From: Octopus sinensis | Lineage: Eukaryota | Direction: 5' to 3' | Length of the DNA stretch: 64,000 nt | NCBI RefSeq assembly: GCF_006345805.1 | Contig: NC_043007.1 | Coordinates: 59,148,001 to 59,212,000 of the forward strand | Shown: positions 12,563 through 26,145 of the stretch, piece after piece | How the letters are laid out: each line of letters opens with the position of its first letter | How positions within the stretch are numbered: position 1 is the stretch's first letter | The notes under the pieces: generated by a model | Database searches by the model: none | Told to the model about the DNA's origin: nothing | The model's input: the letters and a program-made list of their open reading frames with translations, nothing else | Translations under genes and position numbers: made by a program

Positions 12563-13013
12563 AATTTCTCTATTGATTTTCATATTACAAAGTGAGTATG
12601 CGTCCCCCTCCCCCCAAAAAAACTCGACTACTTTTACGCATAAATATAACAAACGCACATAGTACAATATTTATACATAAAAACATTTGATTTCAATCAT
12701 TAAAAACCTTTTCACGCTACACACAATCACTCTCTCTTTTTCTTTCTTTCTTTCTCTCCCCTCTCATCTCTCTCTCTTACACACACACACACACTCACAC
12801 AGTTGTGTTTACATACAAAATATGTTGCTACAGGCATTTCTCTCAGGCTGATACTAGTATTGTTGTTACCAGTTAGTTATTGAAAAACTGGTGGATTGGC
12901 AGTGGTAGTGGAGTTTATTGTATTGTTTTAGTGTTGATGACAGTTCTGTAAGTACTGATACTAGATATTGGTGATGGTGAATGTTGATATATGTGTGTGT
13001 GTATGTGTGTATG

Positions 13014-13190
<177 letters not shown>

Positions 13191-13514
13191 CTGAGATGCT
13201 GTGTTGGTTGGACTATCAATACATACAACCAAGTGTGTGCATCTATTCACATAAGAATCCTAGGTGGAGAATTTTTTGGAATGTCTTAGATATCATCACT
13301 GTGCCACTAAAAGATTGGATTTAGAGAATCCGCTTCAGTTTCTTTTGCTCTTTCTCCATGAAAACGAGTATTTCTAGGTTTTCTTGCAAATATGTATGCA
13401 TGCATTTATGTATGAATGTATGTATGTATGTATGTATGTATGTATGTATGTATGTATGTATGTATGTATATATATATATATAATATATATATACATATAT
13501 ATATATATACATAC

Positions 13515-13545
<31 letters not shown>

Positions 13546-13652
13546 CATATATACATATATAATATATACATATATATATATATATATATACATATATATA
13601 CATATATACATATATATATATATAATATATACATATATATACATATATATAC

Positions 13653-13752
<100 letters not shown>

Positions 13753-13764
13753 TATATATATGTA

Positions 13765-14200
13765 CGTGACCTGATCAATAAGTATTCAGACTGTTGCTAT
13801 AGTAACGAAGCAAAAGCATGCAGAGTAAAGCTGCTTGACACAGATTTTATTTTGAACTCTGCTGTGCATGCACACTAAGTTTTAACGTTCTAGCTCACTT
13901 CCACTGTTTACACCAGTGCTTGGAAGGAAGGCGTATAGCATGAGATCGTCGTATTGACCATGACAGAGAAAGTTGAGCAGAGAATCTGTATCAAATTTTG
14001 CCAAAAGCTTGGCGATACCTGCTCAAACGTCTACGCAATGTTTTCAGGAGATTTTCATCGTTCTCGACACAATCAAAGGTACAGCTCCTCATTGTCTTCA
14101 GCTGAAAAAAGGGACTCCCATCATGCTATTGCGTAATTTGTCTCAACCAAAATTATGCAATGGTACAAGATTAATTGTGCACAAACTTATGACGTGTTCT
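13765..14200 (+). mobile_element. Mariner 5' end fused to Helitron helicase fragment (copy 1)
   Basis: TA|cgtgacctgatcaataagtatt TIR-like end and [26 protein letters not shown] (mariner N-terminal HTH), then [29 protein letters not shown] (PIF1-like Helitron helicase). Confidence 0.85.
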
Positions 14201-14252
14201 AATAACACGTTTACGTTAAGAGGGATATAAAAATTGCCTTCAATATACGTAA

Positions 14253-14288
<36 letters not shown>

Positions 14289-14329
14289 ATACATACGTAC
14301 ATACATACATACATACATACATACATACA

Positions 14330-14365
<36 letters not shown>

Positions 14366-14672
14366 TATACACACATACATACATACATACATACATACAT
14401 ACATACATCTGAGATGCTGTGTTGGTTGGACTATCAATACATACAACCAAGTGTGTGCATCTATTCACATAAGAATCCTAGGTGGAGAATTTTTTGGAAT
14501 GTCTTAGATATCATCACTGTGCCACTAAAAGATTGGATTTAGAGAATCCGCTTCAGTTTCTTTTGCTCTTTCTCCATGAAAACGAGTATTTCTAGGTTTT
14601 CTTGCAAATATGTATGCATGCATTTATGTATGAATGTATGTATGTATGTATGTATGTTTGTATGTATGTATG

Positions 14673-14708
<36 letters not shown>

Positions 14709-14752
14709 CATAATATATATATATATATCTATATATATATATACATATATAC

Positions 14753-14803
<51 letters not shown>

Positions 14804-14829
14804 CTATATACATATATATACATATATAC

Positions 14830-15262
<433 letters not shown>

Positions 15263-15479
15263 CAATGTTTTCAGGAGATTTTCATCGTTCTCGACACAAT
15301 CAAAGGTACAGCTCCTCATTGTCTTCAGCTGAAAAAAGGGACTCCCATCATGCTATTGCGTAATTTGTCTCAACCAAAATTATGCAATGGTACAAGATTA
15401 ATTGTGCACAAACTTATGACGTGTTCTAATAACACGTTTACGTTAAGAGGGATATAAAAATTGCCTTCAATATACGTAA

Positions 15480-15513
<34 letters not shown>

Positions 15514-15566
15514 ATACATACGTACATACATACATACATACATACATACATACATACATACATACA

Positions 15567-15599
<33 letters not shown>

Positions 15600-16282
15600 T
15601 CATACATAAATGCATGCATACATATTTGCAAGAAAACCTAGAAATACTCGTTTTCATGGTTGTGATAAAGGTGAAACCGTCTTCATTCCTCGCATACCAC
15701 TTATACCATCTACTGTCCCATTCCAATTTAAGCGATTACAGTTTCCGATCCGAGTTTCTTTTGTCATGAGCATTAATTAAATTCAGGGCCAAACACAAAA
15801 AGTTGCTGGATTGCAACTTGCAGAATTATGCTTTTCATATAGCCAACTTTATGTAGGAGCATCACGTGTGGGAGCAAAAGCAATTTTTTTTGCTTGTGAA
15901 CCCCAAAATAAAACAAAAAACATTGTTTATAAAGAAATATTCACTTTTAATGCAACATGAATAATTCAATAACTTAATTTGCCATTACTATCATTACATT
16001 CAAGAATGAGTAAATTACCTATTTAAATGAAGTGTATTGTATAATTGCTATTAGTGTATTGATGAATAAAATAACACGTACAAATCGCTATTGTCATATA
16101 ATAAACAAACATAAGTTCGTGTATGAAGCTGATTTTTTTTTTTCTACTTCAATTATTACATGTTTTTCTCTTATAAAATACACACATACAGATGGAGTAA
16201 ATTATATATATAATACTTTGAATGTGGCTCCCGAGAAAGAGTAAAAGTAATTACCAGATCAACGGCGGGTGTTACTGCTAGT
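15263..16282 (+). mobile_element. Helitron 3' portion: helicase C-terminus (split by an insertion at ~15426-15657), 3' UTR and terminus
   Basis: [23 protein letters not shown], then from 15658 GCDKGETVFIPRIPLIPSTVPFQFKRLQFPIRVSFVMSIN*IQGQT...QLYVGASRV...TKNIVYKEI. The degenerate terminus accagatcaacggcgggtgttactgCTAG|T (16253-16282) resembles 2729-2757. Confidence 0.9.
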
Positions 16283-16287
16283 ATATC

Positions 16288-16387
<100 letters not shown>

Positions 16388-16731
16388 TATACGCTTCCTG
16401 ACAGAGGAGTATAACTTTACAAATATCAACTCCTCTCAAAGTGGTGACCAGATAAAAGTGATTGATCCAATTGGCTTAAAGATCAATCAGCTCTCAATAT
16501 TGTATCTGCATTCTTTTAGCATGCTCCCTATAATTTGAAATCCTTTTTATTTGGAGTCTGACAATGTAATAACTTTGTCTATAAATAATACGAATTATAC
16601 CTTATTTCAAAAGGCACGTCTTCTTGACTCCCAGAGCGACCTTTGTCGCTTATTTTTAAATATTTATTGGGCTCGAAGATTCTTAAATTAACTGTGTTGC
16701 TTAGGGAGAGAGAAGGGGAGAGAGAGAAAGA

Positions 16732-16764
16732 GGGTGGGGTGGGGTGGGGTGGGGTGGGGTGGGG
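16732..16764 (+). repeat. (GGGGT)n repeat with G-quadruplex potential
   Basis: Seven G-runs of 3-4 nt separated by single T. Confidence 0.85.
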
Positions 16765-16942
16765 AAGAGAAACCAAGAGATCGAGAAAAAATAAGTGAAA
16801 AGTAGAAGAGAGAGAACGGGACGGGTAAAGGGAAAGAGCCATGGGTACAGTATACTGTAGACTTCATATTTAGTGAAAATGAATCCACCCGAGACTAATT
16901 ATAACCAACAGTAAGAAAATAAGAAAGAGAGCGAGGTGGGGC

Positions 16943-16973
<31 letters not shown>

Positions 16974-19904
16974 TGTGTGTAGTATGTCTGTCAATTCCTA
17001 TTAACCAACAACCCCATTGGGGACGCCTGTAGTAAACCAGTTATTCAGAAGAGATTTATTTTCATTAAAAAGTTTCTTCATTTACGCCCCACGAGGTTCT
17101 TATAAAGCAGAAAATGCTGTTCAGATTTTGTGAAATTAGAATATTCTCAGAGAATGAACGAACGTTGTCAAGAGAAATGACAACTTCTGGTGACGACTCC
17201 TGGCTGTTTTTCTATTCCATTACATTTCATTTACATTGCTAATTCTCATGCGAAAAGCATGAACGTCACACAGTCTCATTTTATTCTTTCACTCTGCATT
17301 TTAGTTTTAGTCCATTATTTAACATTTCTGAGTTTAGGAACCGCTGATTTGATATGAAGATCAGATCCCAGTAGCTTTGGAGTTCATTTTCAGTGGTAAG
17401 AAAAGATTGCCAACAGTAGCTCAATATTATTTATATGAGTAATACATATTTGTAGGCATTATCAATATCACATACATAGTGGGGCTGCGTTGTTAAACAC
17501 TAGTAGCTGCAACATTTCGTCTAAGAGAAGTCCCCTAAAAGACGCATGTTTAAAAGACACAATATGCTTCAAAGCTAGGCGAAATGAAATCGTCCCGGAA
17601 GTAAACGAGGACGACAAATATCAATATTTCGTAGTTTTTTATGCTAATCGGTCTCATGTATTCGCCCCGCTTCCGATACGAATTCGAGATATCCAGTAAG
17701 AAATATATACTCATAGTGCAAAATCTATTTGCTGACTCGCAGTAGCGCCATACAAGTAGAACAAGATTCAAATTTTGTGTTTGAAGCAACTCAATAATAT
17801 ATGATTGTATTTTTAAAGCCTATCTGGAAGGCAAAAGTTCTGCTCTGACTTATTAAATCGAGAATTTAATAAGCAGCCAGACTGAAAGAGATTTTCAGAA
17901 GTAGGATAGAGAATACAGTATTGCGGGTTCGATTTGACGAATTACCATCTGTGATAAATTTTGAAGATATGACAAGTTTTCTGATATAGGAAAAAAAAAA
18001 AGAGAGAGATATAAACTGAACAGTAAAAACAGTAAACTGCAACTTTCTACTTGGTGTGTGTGTTTGTGGGGGGGGGGGGTAGAAAGTCATTTTCATTATC
18101 ATTATTTTTTCACATCTCATAAATCATTCGTTAATCATTATATGTACCCCAATTGTGTTCACTTGCTTCGGTGGTTCTGATTCTTCTACGGACTGGTACT
18201 TTTACTCAAGTTCCTGTCTCGACGGCTCTGGTTTCTCCACTGACTGGTCACAATCATACTATGAGTAAAGAAAGTTATTTACTTCATATCGTCTTACTAA
18301 GAACTTATGCTCATTTATTCGATCCCAGCACGACAGCTTTAAACAGTTATGCAACCTACTCAATTCTAAATGAGTATTCCATAAATACAAACGTCCGTTT
18401 TCTGAATAGAAATTTTGAATATGAAAGAGGGAACCCAGAAAGGCTAATAAGCAAACAGGAAGTTTTATATCGGTTCGAAGGTGACATTCTTTCGATAGAC
18501 TGAAGAGGTTATTGTTGTGAACAATATTTACTAGATAACCTGATAATGGAGCAAATAATAAAGAAAGAAAAAATCGAGAAATAATCTATAATATAAGTAT
18601 GTTCAATTATTTCATACTATGGTAATAGAGTAGGAGCTTACTCAATTTCCCCTCATTGTAGCAATTGAAATTTCTTGAGACTACCTGGAAATCTATAAGG
18701 GTTCATCCAGTACATTTGACAACTAGAGACACAACTTGGAGACAGACCGCAGCTTCCACTAATTTCAAGAGCCACAGGTTGCGATACGAAGCAGTCGACT
18801 AAACTAGAGTATTTTCAGAATTCCATACACGACAGCTTCTCAGCACCCTTGACATATAAAATATATACACATATGACATATATACAGCAACATTTATGGC
18901 AAGACTACAGTCCACCATGATTCAAGTTATACAGCTCACACAGCTTTCGATTTCTCAGCTTGAACGAAGCCAAACTTTAGCAAGTCGTATAAGCATTAGA
19001 ATATAAACGGTTGCATATCTAACAACCACAAACAATTTTTCAGTTTTTACAATCATAAGCCATTTCATAGCTCTCACATTAGTTGTGCCCATAATTTTAT
19101 AGCTTTCACTTTAATTACAAATATAAGCCATTTGTAGCTTATAATTTATACTTACACATCCATCTCTATGCTTTTTAATAACATAAATTGTCTTGTTCGA
19201 AAGGAAATCTTTCAGCGGGTTCCAGTACGAGATACTTGTTTAGGTGAAAGAATACTCACAGCAGTAATTCTAGTAAAATGTTTGTTTTCTCTCCTTTATC
19301 GAACTACTATAAAAAGAGGAACTGTAATTCATATAAATTCTGTAAAATACATTTTCGAAACATGAATCACTTCAGGAAGTTCTCGCAGTATTCACAAACA
19401 GCGTGAAGTTTAAACCTGGGCGATATTGCTGTGTACGTATTGATGTTGGTGGTGTCGATAAGCTGAAAGGCGACGATGGTGAAAGGCAACGTTACGGTGA
19501 AGGCGACGGTGGTGAAAGGTCCTGAAATGCTGCGGTAGTGTTGGTGTCGCAGTCGCTGGAACATGGCTGAGTCGCTCGAACTGGCTGTCTGTCGCTGGAT
19601 GCTCTGTGGTCAATGGTGGAGGACCAAAGACAAATAATGGTTTGTTGATCTAGCCGTTTAAAGAGATTTGGGGGTTCTAGAGAACAACCTAGAAGACTGT
19701 GTCTCGAGACCTTATCTGAAGGCTGCGATTGGTTGGTTTACACATTGGCGCGAAATAAAGCAAGAGTTAAAACTGCACCAAAGTCAACCAATCAGAGCAG
19801 CGGACACACTGGGCCTAAGCAGCCGAAGGCCGGCTGTTATACGCCACGTCCGCATTTGTATGATATCTCTCAAAGAGGGATAATGCATTTCACTAAGCGC
19901 TACA

Positions 19905-20312
19905 GGTCCTCTCGAATTTGGGGCCAGGGTTTCTGTTAGGGAATGATTTCTTCCATTCTTCTCACCATTACTGGAAGCTCTGCAAAATTAAGATTCGTTG
20001 ACGTTTTCCACCTATCTCAGACTAAATAATGAAAAAATAAAACAAAGAATATAGGCATGCGCATGCGCTCACCCACTCAGGACACTACAAATGTACACTC
20101 AAATACACACACACACTAACATAACAGCAATTTACCCAAGGTAGACGTTTATCAATAAGAAAACAAAGACAAACTAAACCGGTTGTAATACATATTTTAT
20201 TCGAACAGATGACAGAATGCTCCACGAAAAATTTATAAGTTATTAAACAACTTCTGGTTATGCTGGTGCAGCTCGTAAGTGCAAACTTCTAATATAAATA
20301 AAACTGGATACA
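19905..20312 (+). repeat. Left arm of ~400 bp diverged inverted repeat (partner 21712-22118)
   Basis: For example aacaacttctggttatgctggtgcagctcgtaagtgcaaacttctaatataaataaaactggatac is the reverse complement of gtatccagttttatttatattagaagtttgcacttaagagccgcaccagcataaccagaagttgtt. Confidence 0.9.
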
Positions 20313-20346
20313 TATACCTACATATATACATATACATATATATATA

Positions 20347-20410
<64 letters not shown>

Positions 20411-20415
20411 ATATA

Positions 20416-20461
<46 letters not shown>

Positions 20462-20535
20462 TATATATATATCCATACATATATACATACATGTATGGAC
20501 GTATGTATGTATATATGTATGTATGCGTGTATGTC

Positions 20536-20631
<96 letters not shown>

Positions 20632-21505
20632 GTGTGTGTATATACACACACACATACATGCATACACACATACATACATACTACATACATACATACATAC
20701 ATACATACATACATACATACATACATACACATATTGCAGTAGTAGTGGTAGTCAGGATTATATACCGGTGAAATGTGCCCTTACTTAAATTTTCCGAGAA
20801 AAAATAAATTTGGCTTTGAAGTACTCTCTCGAGCAGGTTTGCCGAACCTGGCTCTATTGTACCAAATGTGGTACTTTTGCTTTGCAGTAATACTTTTGGT
20901 ATTACGCTGCAATAATTTGGTACTTCTTTCAATTTTTTTCGCTTTATGTAAAAAAAAAAAGAAGTTTACAGCGTATGTATGTGAATAATGTAACAATAAA
21001 TTACATTACTATTGGACTATTTTATATCAAAATATATTTTGCGACATTATATAAAGAGGCAGATTATAGCTAATTGCTAGCTAGTTGGTATAGAACGTGT
21101 TCAATACGTGAATCGTACGTACCATCCAATATCGCCGGCTTGCCATCTCTAATGCCAGTCAGTAGCATGTTTTATACTTCAGTGACGAATGCTTCCTTAC
21201 TGTCTCGTTAAACTTTTATCAATTACGAATGATTTATAGCCTTCATGTTGAGCAAGAATACGAAAGATAAAAGCAGTGATGAAATTGACTTAGGTTTAAG
21301 TCCGCCAAAGAAAAGAATTAAATAATATAATCATAAATTATCGGACACACTTTTATTGGATTCTCGATTTTCATCATGATTAGAATAAATATCGGAAGTA
21401 AAACAAATATCGAAAGAGCATACTGAAATTCAAGGCAGTGTAACTGATCTGGAGAGACGGAGAAACGGATAAACATGCTATAGATGTTAATTCAGAAAAT
21501 AAAAG

Positions 21506-21700
21506 GGATCTTTTCAATCTCAGTTACAGATTTTTAAAATAATTTTTTTAAAAACTAAACAGTTTGAAACTTCGGATACTGGTTGAATGTGGTCACGTAG
21601 AACCCGATTTAGTCTTAACGTTTTTTGAGGAAATTTTGTATTTTAGAAGTTATTTCGTGTTAAAGTTGTTGTATTTGAGTAATTTTAACCAATCAGTGAC
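21506..21700 (+). mobile_element. Partial copy of the GGATCTTTTC fold-back MITE family
   Basis: ggatcttttc...aaacttcggatactggttgaatgtg...ttttaaccaatc shared with the 28280 and 50430 copies. Confidence 0.65.
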
Positions 21701-21711
21701 GCGCGTGTGTG

Positions 21712-22118
21712 TGTATCCAGTTTTATTTATATTAGAAGTTTGCACTTAAGAGCCGCACCAGCATAACCAGAAGTTGTTAGATAACTTTCAATAAATTTTT
21801 CGTGAACTATTCGGTGATCTGTTCGAATAAAATATGTATTACAACTGGTTTAGTTTGTCTTTGTTTTCTTGTTTATAAAAGTCTGTCTTGGGCAAATTGC
21901 TGTTATGTTAGTGTGTGTATATTTGAGTGTACATTTGTGGCCTCTTGAGTATGTGAGCGTATGCGCATGCCCATGTTCTTTAGTTTTACCTTTTCAATAT
22001 TTAGTCTGACAATAGAGGAAAACGTCAATGAATCTTAATTTTTTAAGGCTTCCAATAATGGTGAGACCAATGGAACAAATTACTCTCAAACAGAAACACT
22101 TGCCGAAAATGCGAAAAG
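21712..22118 (-). repeat. Right arm of the inverted repeat (partner 19905-20312)
   Basis: Reverse-complement alignment by eye over ~400 bp. Confidence 0.9.
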
Positions 22119-22863
22119 TACCCAAAGATCACCAATCTTGATGGCGTCAAACCGGGCAACTAATAAGTTCAACGACCGAAGAACTCGCGGAGCAAACGCG
22201 AAAAAGAAGCACGAGGTATCTCGTCCGACGGTTTACTAATTCTTCCAATCCAGCATCATTGAATCGTACTTCATCGACTCCAAAAGTTGACTGGTACTTT
22301 ATTGACTCTTGTGAGATAAAAAACAAAATTGACATTGGCGGACATTGCCCTTAGAGAACCAGAACAAATGCCGTAAGGTATTTTGCCATTCATAATTTCA
22401 ACGCCGCCAGTTTGCCGCCTGAATTATGAATTAGAAATTAGCTACAATTTTTTTCCTTTTTTGCGTTAGGTGAAAATGCTGCTTGAAAACATCCGGGGTT
22501 TTCGGGTTTAATTTGTGATATTTCCTACCCCTTCTACACACTCGTACGCGCGCGCACTTACTCATTACGATAAACTTCACTACGATTTTCTCCCTCTCTA
22601 CTTAGGGTGCTTATTAAAAGAAAGAATGGGGAGTGAAGTGTAAATAAGCACCATTAGCGTGCCACTTCTCTTCAGGTTAGAGGACACTTGGATGCAATTA
22701 ATTCTTGCCAGCGTCGAACAGAAATGATAAGAACACCCTAGTTCTTTACTAAGCGCCAGGATAAAAGACACACTTACAAACACACACATACAAACACACA
22801 CTTACAAACACACACATACAAGTGTGTATAATATATATATAATTATGTGTGTGCGCGTGTGTG

Positions 22864-22925
<62 letters not shown>

Positions 22926-23104
22926 CATAGATAGATACATAGATAGATAGATGGATAGACAGAGAGATAGATACACACACACACACACAAATAATACCTC
23001 CACTGTTTTAAAATGGATATACTGGGCATATCTGTTTGATCAGAACTGAGCTGGGGGCGGGGGTCACACAACACCAACAACAACCTGTAAATAATTGTTC
23101 TTAA

Positions 23105-23587
23105 TTCGGACACAAAGCCAACAATTTCGAGAGTAAGGAATTAGTTCGTTAGATCGACTCCAGTACTTGACTGCAGCTATATTTTACCAACTCCCGAAAG
23201 GACGAAAAGTAAATTTGACCTCGATTTGACATAAATTTGAACTCAGAACTCAAAGTGTCGGAAGAAGTACCGCAATCATCATCATCATTGTTCGACCGTG
23301 CTCGAGACAATGGAATTTACCATGCTACGCCAGACTTCACGGTCCATCATAGCATTACGGAGGTCCAGTTGCTGGATGCCTGTATCCCTGGAGATTACAT
23401 CAGGGTAGGAGAGTGTGCGCCCTCTGGTATTGCGAGTAGATGGCTTCCAGAGAAGAGTAGAAATTGCCTCGTTTTCAGCTCTACAACAATGTCCAGCATA
23501 CTGGACTCTCCTACCTTTCACAATACTTTCACAATACTACTAAGTATTTCGCCCGGCGTGCTAACGTTCCTGCCAGCTGGCCGCCTT
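23105..23587 (-). mobile_element. SINE family B interrupted by a LINE 3' end
   Basis: cccgaaagga...atttgaactcagaac...taccgc | insertion | taagtatttcgcccggcgtgctaacgttcctgccagctggccgcc; uninterrupted copies at 35021-35260 and 53310-53497. Confidence 0.8.
23276..23530 (-). mobile_element. 5'-truncated RTE-type LINE 3' end with (TGA)n tail
   Basis: ORF 23285-23521 RRVQYAGHCCRAENE...LLWKP...RGR...AMMDREVWR (RRL..AGH..R, RGRP, DR..WR motifs). The stop is followed directly by the tgatgatga tail. Confidence 0.8.
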
Positions 23588-23621
23588 GGTATGACCCATT
23601 ATTAAAAGAGAAAGGGTTGTG

Positions 23622-23890
23622 TGTTGAAGGAGGTTATGTAAGTTAAAAGTGTGTGATGTATGTCGGAGGAGGAGGAGAGTGATGTATGTTGAACGAGTAC
23701 TGTGTGATGAAGCGGGTGATGTATGTTGAAGGGGATGATGTTTATTGAAGGGAGAATGAATTATGTTGAAGGGGTTTGTATGATGAGTGGGTTATGTATG
23801 TTGGAGGTAGAGGCGGATGATATAGAGGGAATGATGTATGCTGCAGGAGGTGACATATGTTGAAAAGGTTTTATGTATGTTGAAGGGTTC
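23622..23890. repeat. Degenerate minisatellite (core gatgtatgttgaaggg)
   Basis: About a dozen imperfect ~19-22 bp units. Confidence 0.75.
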
Positions 23891-24147
23891 ATGCAAAACA
23901 TCTTTAAAATAGTTTTAAATGACTTAGTTTTTTTTCTCCTCTTTGTTCTTTTTCTTTTCGTTTTTTTTTATTCAATTTTTTTAAAAATCGTTTCGGCCAG
24001 TGGACTACGGTCATACTTAAGGCACTCTCTCCAATGGTTTACTCGAACAAATGAGCACTTGAACTTATTTTAAGTCTGATTTTGTGATAAAATTAAAAAC
24101 AATTTATAAAAGGGAATATAATATAACCAAATAAGAAAATATTTACT

Positions 24148-24537
24148 AGGCGCAAGCATGGCTGTGTGGTAAAAAGCTTGCTTCCCAACTACATGGTTGC
24201 GGGATCAGTTCCACTGCGTGGCACTTCGGGCAAGTGTCTTCTACTATTGTCTCGGGTTGATCAAAGTATTGTTAGGAGTCGATCGGGTAGATGGAAACTG
24301 AAAGTAGCCCGTCGTATGTATATATATATATATATATATATATAGCTGTATGTGTGTATGTCTTTGTGTCTGTTTGTCTCCCACCACCACTTGACAACCG
24401 GTGTTGCTGTGTTTACATTCCCAGGCTTTAAAAATAAAACAAATAAGTACTGGAGTCGATTCATTCGACTGAAATCTCATCAAGGCGGGGCTCCAGCATG
24501 ACTGCAGTCTAATGACTGAAACAAGTAAAAGATAAAT
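24148..24537 (+). mobile_element. tRNA-derived SINE, family A, near full length
   Basis: Box A-like tggctgtgtgg, box B-like ggatcagttcc, gggcaagtgtcttc core, and tail gctccagcatgactgcagtctaatgactgaaacaagtaaaagataaa. Confidence 0.85.
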
Positions 24538-25156
24538 GATAATTCATAAATTCCGCATCCCAAAATATGTCAACATTTGTACGGAATCAGAATTAGAAAT
24601 ATAAATCAACTTTCTTGTTCTATGAAAAATATAAAGTAAAAAAATTGACTCTCGTGTCTTTAAACAGAATCTGGAAGCTAATTTATGATGAGTATTTCAA
24701 ATAATTCAAATAGAACTTCTTAAACTTGTGAAAGACAAAGACATGTTATCGGATATTCAAATATAGACAAAGAGAGAACTCAAAAAATATCAAATCTAAA
24801 TATATGATTTCAGGATTATGTATATGTCCAATAAATTCTGTGTCAACCTTTATGTCATCGTTCAACTTCATCACTTGCTACTGCTTTAAAAAAGGAAGAA
24901 CAAACATTGGAATATGAAGTCCTAGACATATTATGCCGTAAAAAGACAGGGTGGTCCCGGTTTGAACGCCATTATTCATATCAAAATTGATATGAAGTTA
25001 AACAATATCAACATACACTATTTGGCCTTTTAAAATCGTAACTTTTGCGAGGAAAATAAAAATAAAGATTAAAGGTAAAAACAAGTTAGTATGTAACCTT
25101 GTTTTGGTGTTGATTTAATGAGCTTTGATGACCTGGTAGCTATTACTATTGGATAG

Positions 25157-25800
25157 ATTTTTGGGTGATAGCAGGAGATAAATCATACTGAAACAACCAA
25201 CCTACCGAGCCAACAAGGTAGCCTCTACGTCAGAACATCTCAAACCTTTTCAACTTCTGTCCCTTTCTTTTCTAATACTTTTACCTTTTTTTACAACTTG
25301 ATACAATGTGTAACGAGGCTGAACCGTTTGAATTACACATAGAAACGAGCTTCGTTATAGATTCCGTCTACCCAGTTTCATTCACAAGGTATGAATAGAC
25401 ATTTGTCCAAGATGGCACGTAGTGGAATCAAATCTTGGACTTTGTGGTGGCAAAAAAGTTATAGTCCTACATGTTTCATGACCCTCTCCTCAGTTAACAG
25501 AAGAACAGTTTATAGAGATAATAAACTGGATTCCTGGTACTTTCGTATATTTTGACTGTTCTTATGGACGGGTAGAACCATTTCTAAGTGAAACAATCGA
25601 TTATGTGTTCAAGCTCCATAAAGAAGCTCTTGCGTCTCAAAATAGATAGTAGGGCATGTAGCGAACAGCTACAAAATATCTAAGCCAAGATTCGAAAGCG
25701 AATCCACATTTTGTCACAAATCATCGGCCTATTGTTTTCTCTTATTGCTTGGTAGGTTGGTTGTTTCAGTATGATTTATCTCCTGCAATCACCCAAAAAT
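25157..25800. repeat. ~60 bp inverted repeats enclosing ~520 bp
   Basis: atttttgggtgatagcaggagataaatcatactgaaacaaccaacctacc (from 25157) versus ggtaggttggttgtttcagtatgatttatctcctgcaatcacccaaaaat (to 25800). Confidence 0.9.
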
Positions 25801-26062
25801 TTTTATGAGAATTAACTGCCTTCTTTAACCTTTTCGAGTCATAGATAGGTTCGGCCTGATTAGAAAGGAAATATCCTTTGTTTAATTTGACCTAGATTGA
25901 ATACGAATAATATGAAAACAGTAAATAAATTTCTTCTCTTTTTGGTTCCTGCTTCTGATCCGAGATCATCTCTCTTTTTTCCTTCTTTTTGTCAACGATG
26001 GAAAAAGCATCTTTATGCGTGGGACAACATACTGCTTATACTCTCTACTTACCTTAACTATC

Positions 26063-26101
<39 letters not shown>

Positions 26102-26107
26102 CTCTCT

Positions 26108-26145
<38 letters not shown>

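Noticed and set aside
17338-17395. Possible small exon (tttag ... gtg|gtaaga)
   Set aside because: Stops in all three frames and no partner exons.
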